Shown: positions 63,579 through 64,000 of the stretch, in pieces
How positions within the stretch are numbered: position 1 is the first letter of the stretch
Layout of the letters: each line of letters opens with the position of its first letter
Assembly (NCBI GenBank): GCA_963667015.2
Contig: CAXXJJ010000004.1
Span: forward strand, 1,792,001-1,856,000
Origin: Desulfatiglandales bacterium
GTDB taxonomy: Bacteria > Desulfobacterota > DSM-4660 > Desulfatiglandales > HGW-15
Direction of reading: 5' to 3'
Length of the DNA stretch: 64,000 nucleotides
The notes under the pieces: generated by a model
Seen by the model: only the letters and a program-made list of their open reading frames with translations
Database searches by the model: none
Told to the model about the DNA's origin: nothing
Made by a program: the position numbers and the translations under genes

Positions 63579-63676
63579 CCCTGTTAAATAAGATTTGAAA
63601 ATCTTACCTTTCGGTATTTAACAGGGTTCACCCTATTAAATGCTGCTTCGCAGCCCGCTATGCGGATTTAACAGGG
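63579..63676. repeat. Tandem CCCTGTTAAAT...ATTTAACAGGG palindromic units with internal hairpins
   Basis: Units at 63579-63626 and 63631-63676, each enclosing two small hairpins. Confidence 0.65.
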
Positions 63677-63745
63677 TAAAAAATGACGACAAAAATACTT
63701 TTGTTTAATAAATCGTAAGACAACGCATTCACAATGCTTTTTAAG

Positions 63746-63931
63746 GCGGTAATTCATTATATCCGAAAAGATACGTACTATTTTTAGGACTTTTTTGTAA
63801 TAAATTCAAGATTTATTACCAGGCTGATAGACTGAAGGCTGAAGGCTGTTAGGGAAAGCAAAAAAAACAGAGATCAGAAGCCAGAAGTCAGAGGTCGGTA
63901 TTAAAGCAGGCTGCCGTCGTCGCCAAGGCTT
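63746..63931 (-). repeat. ~185-bp repeat, right copy (inverted)
   Basis: Reverse complement aligns with 56774-56960 with scattered substitutions. Confidence 0.9.
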
Positions 63932-64000
63932 CAGTCTTCGATTAAAGCTATGAAAGCACCGGGGTCAACCCTTGACTGTGACGTTTTAATGCCACCTTCA

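Overview
This is bacterial DNA of moderate GC, and the gene content suggests an anaerobic deltaproteobacterium (Desulfobacterota-like; inference). 0.5-9 kb holds housekeeping and accessory genes (fRMsr-like GAF protein, MarC, MGMT, TPR lipoprotein, TonB-dependent receptor, EamA). 9-20 kb is a sugar-utilisation cluster (GntR-LacI regulator, PfkB kinase, sucrose phosphorylase, MFS, SGNH and alpha/beta hydrolases). 20-28 kb has a TetR regulator, a second TonB-dependent receptor whose 5' end is frameshifted, and a pyrogallol-transhydroxylase-like Mo enzyme pair. 28-59 kb is a long catabolic region with two glycyl radical enzymes with non-canonical Cys loops and no activase in view, two AprAB-like flavoprotein/ferredoxin pairs, and many exported hydrolases. 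The main hidden feature is that four ORF-track calls at 42.4-46.6 kb are really two signal-peptide-bearing UGSC-type selenoprotein genes, each with an in-frame TGA in a U-x-x-C motif followed by a SECIS-like hairpin. The right end carries an IS110 remnant, MITE/REP-like elements, a TA-like nucleotidyltransferase module with operator repeats and flanking direct repeats, and a ~7 kb segment bounded by ~185-bp inverted repeats that includes an AT-rich 1267-aa PD-(D/E)xK nuclease gene. I saw no rRNA, tRNA or CRISPR array.
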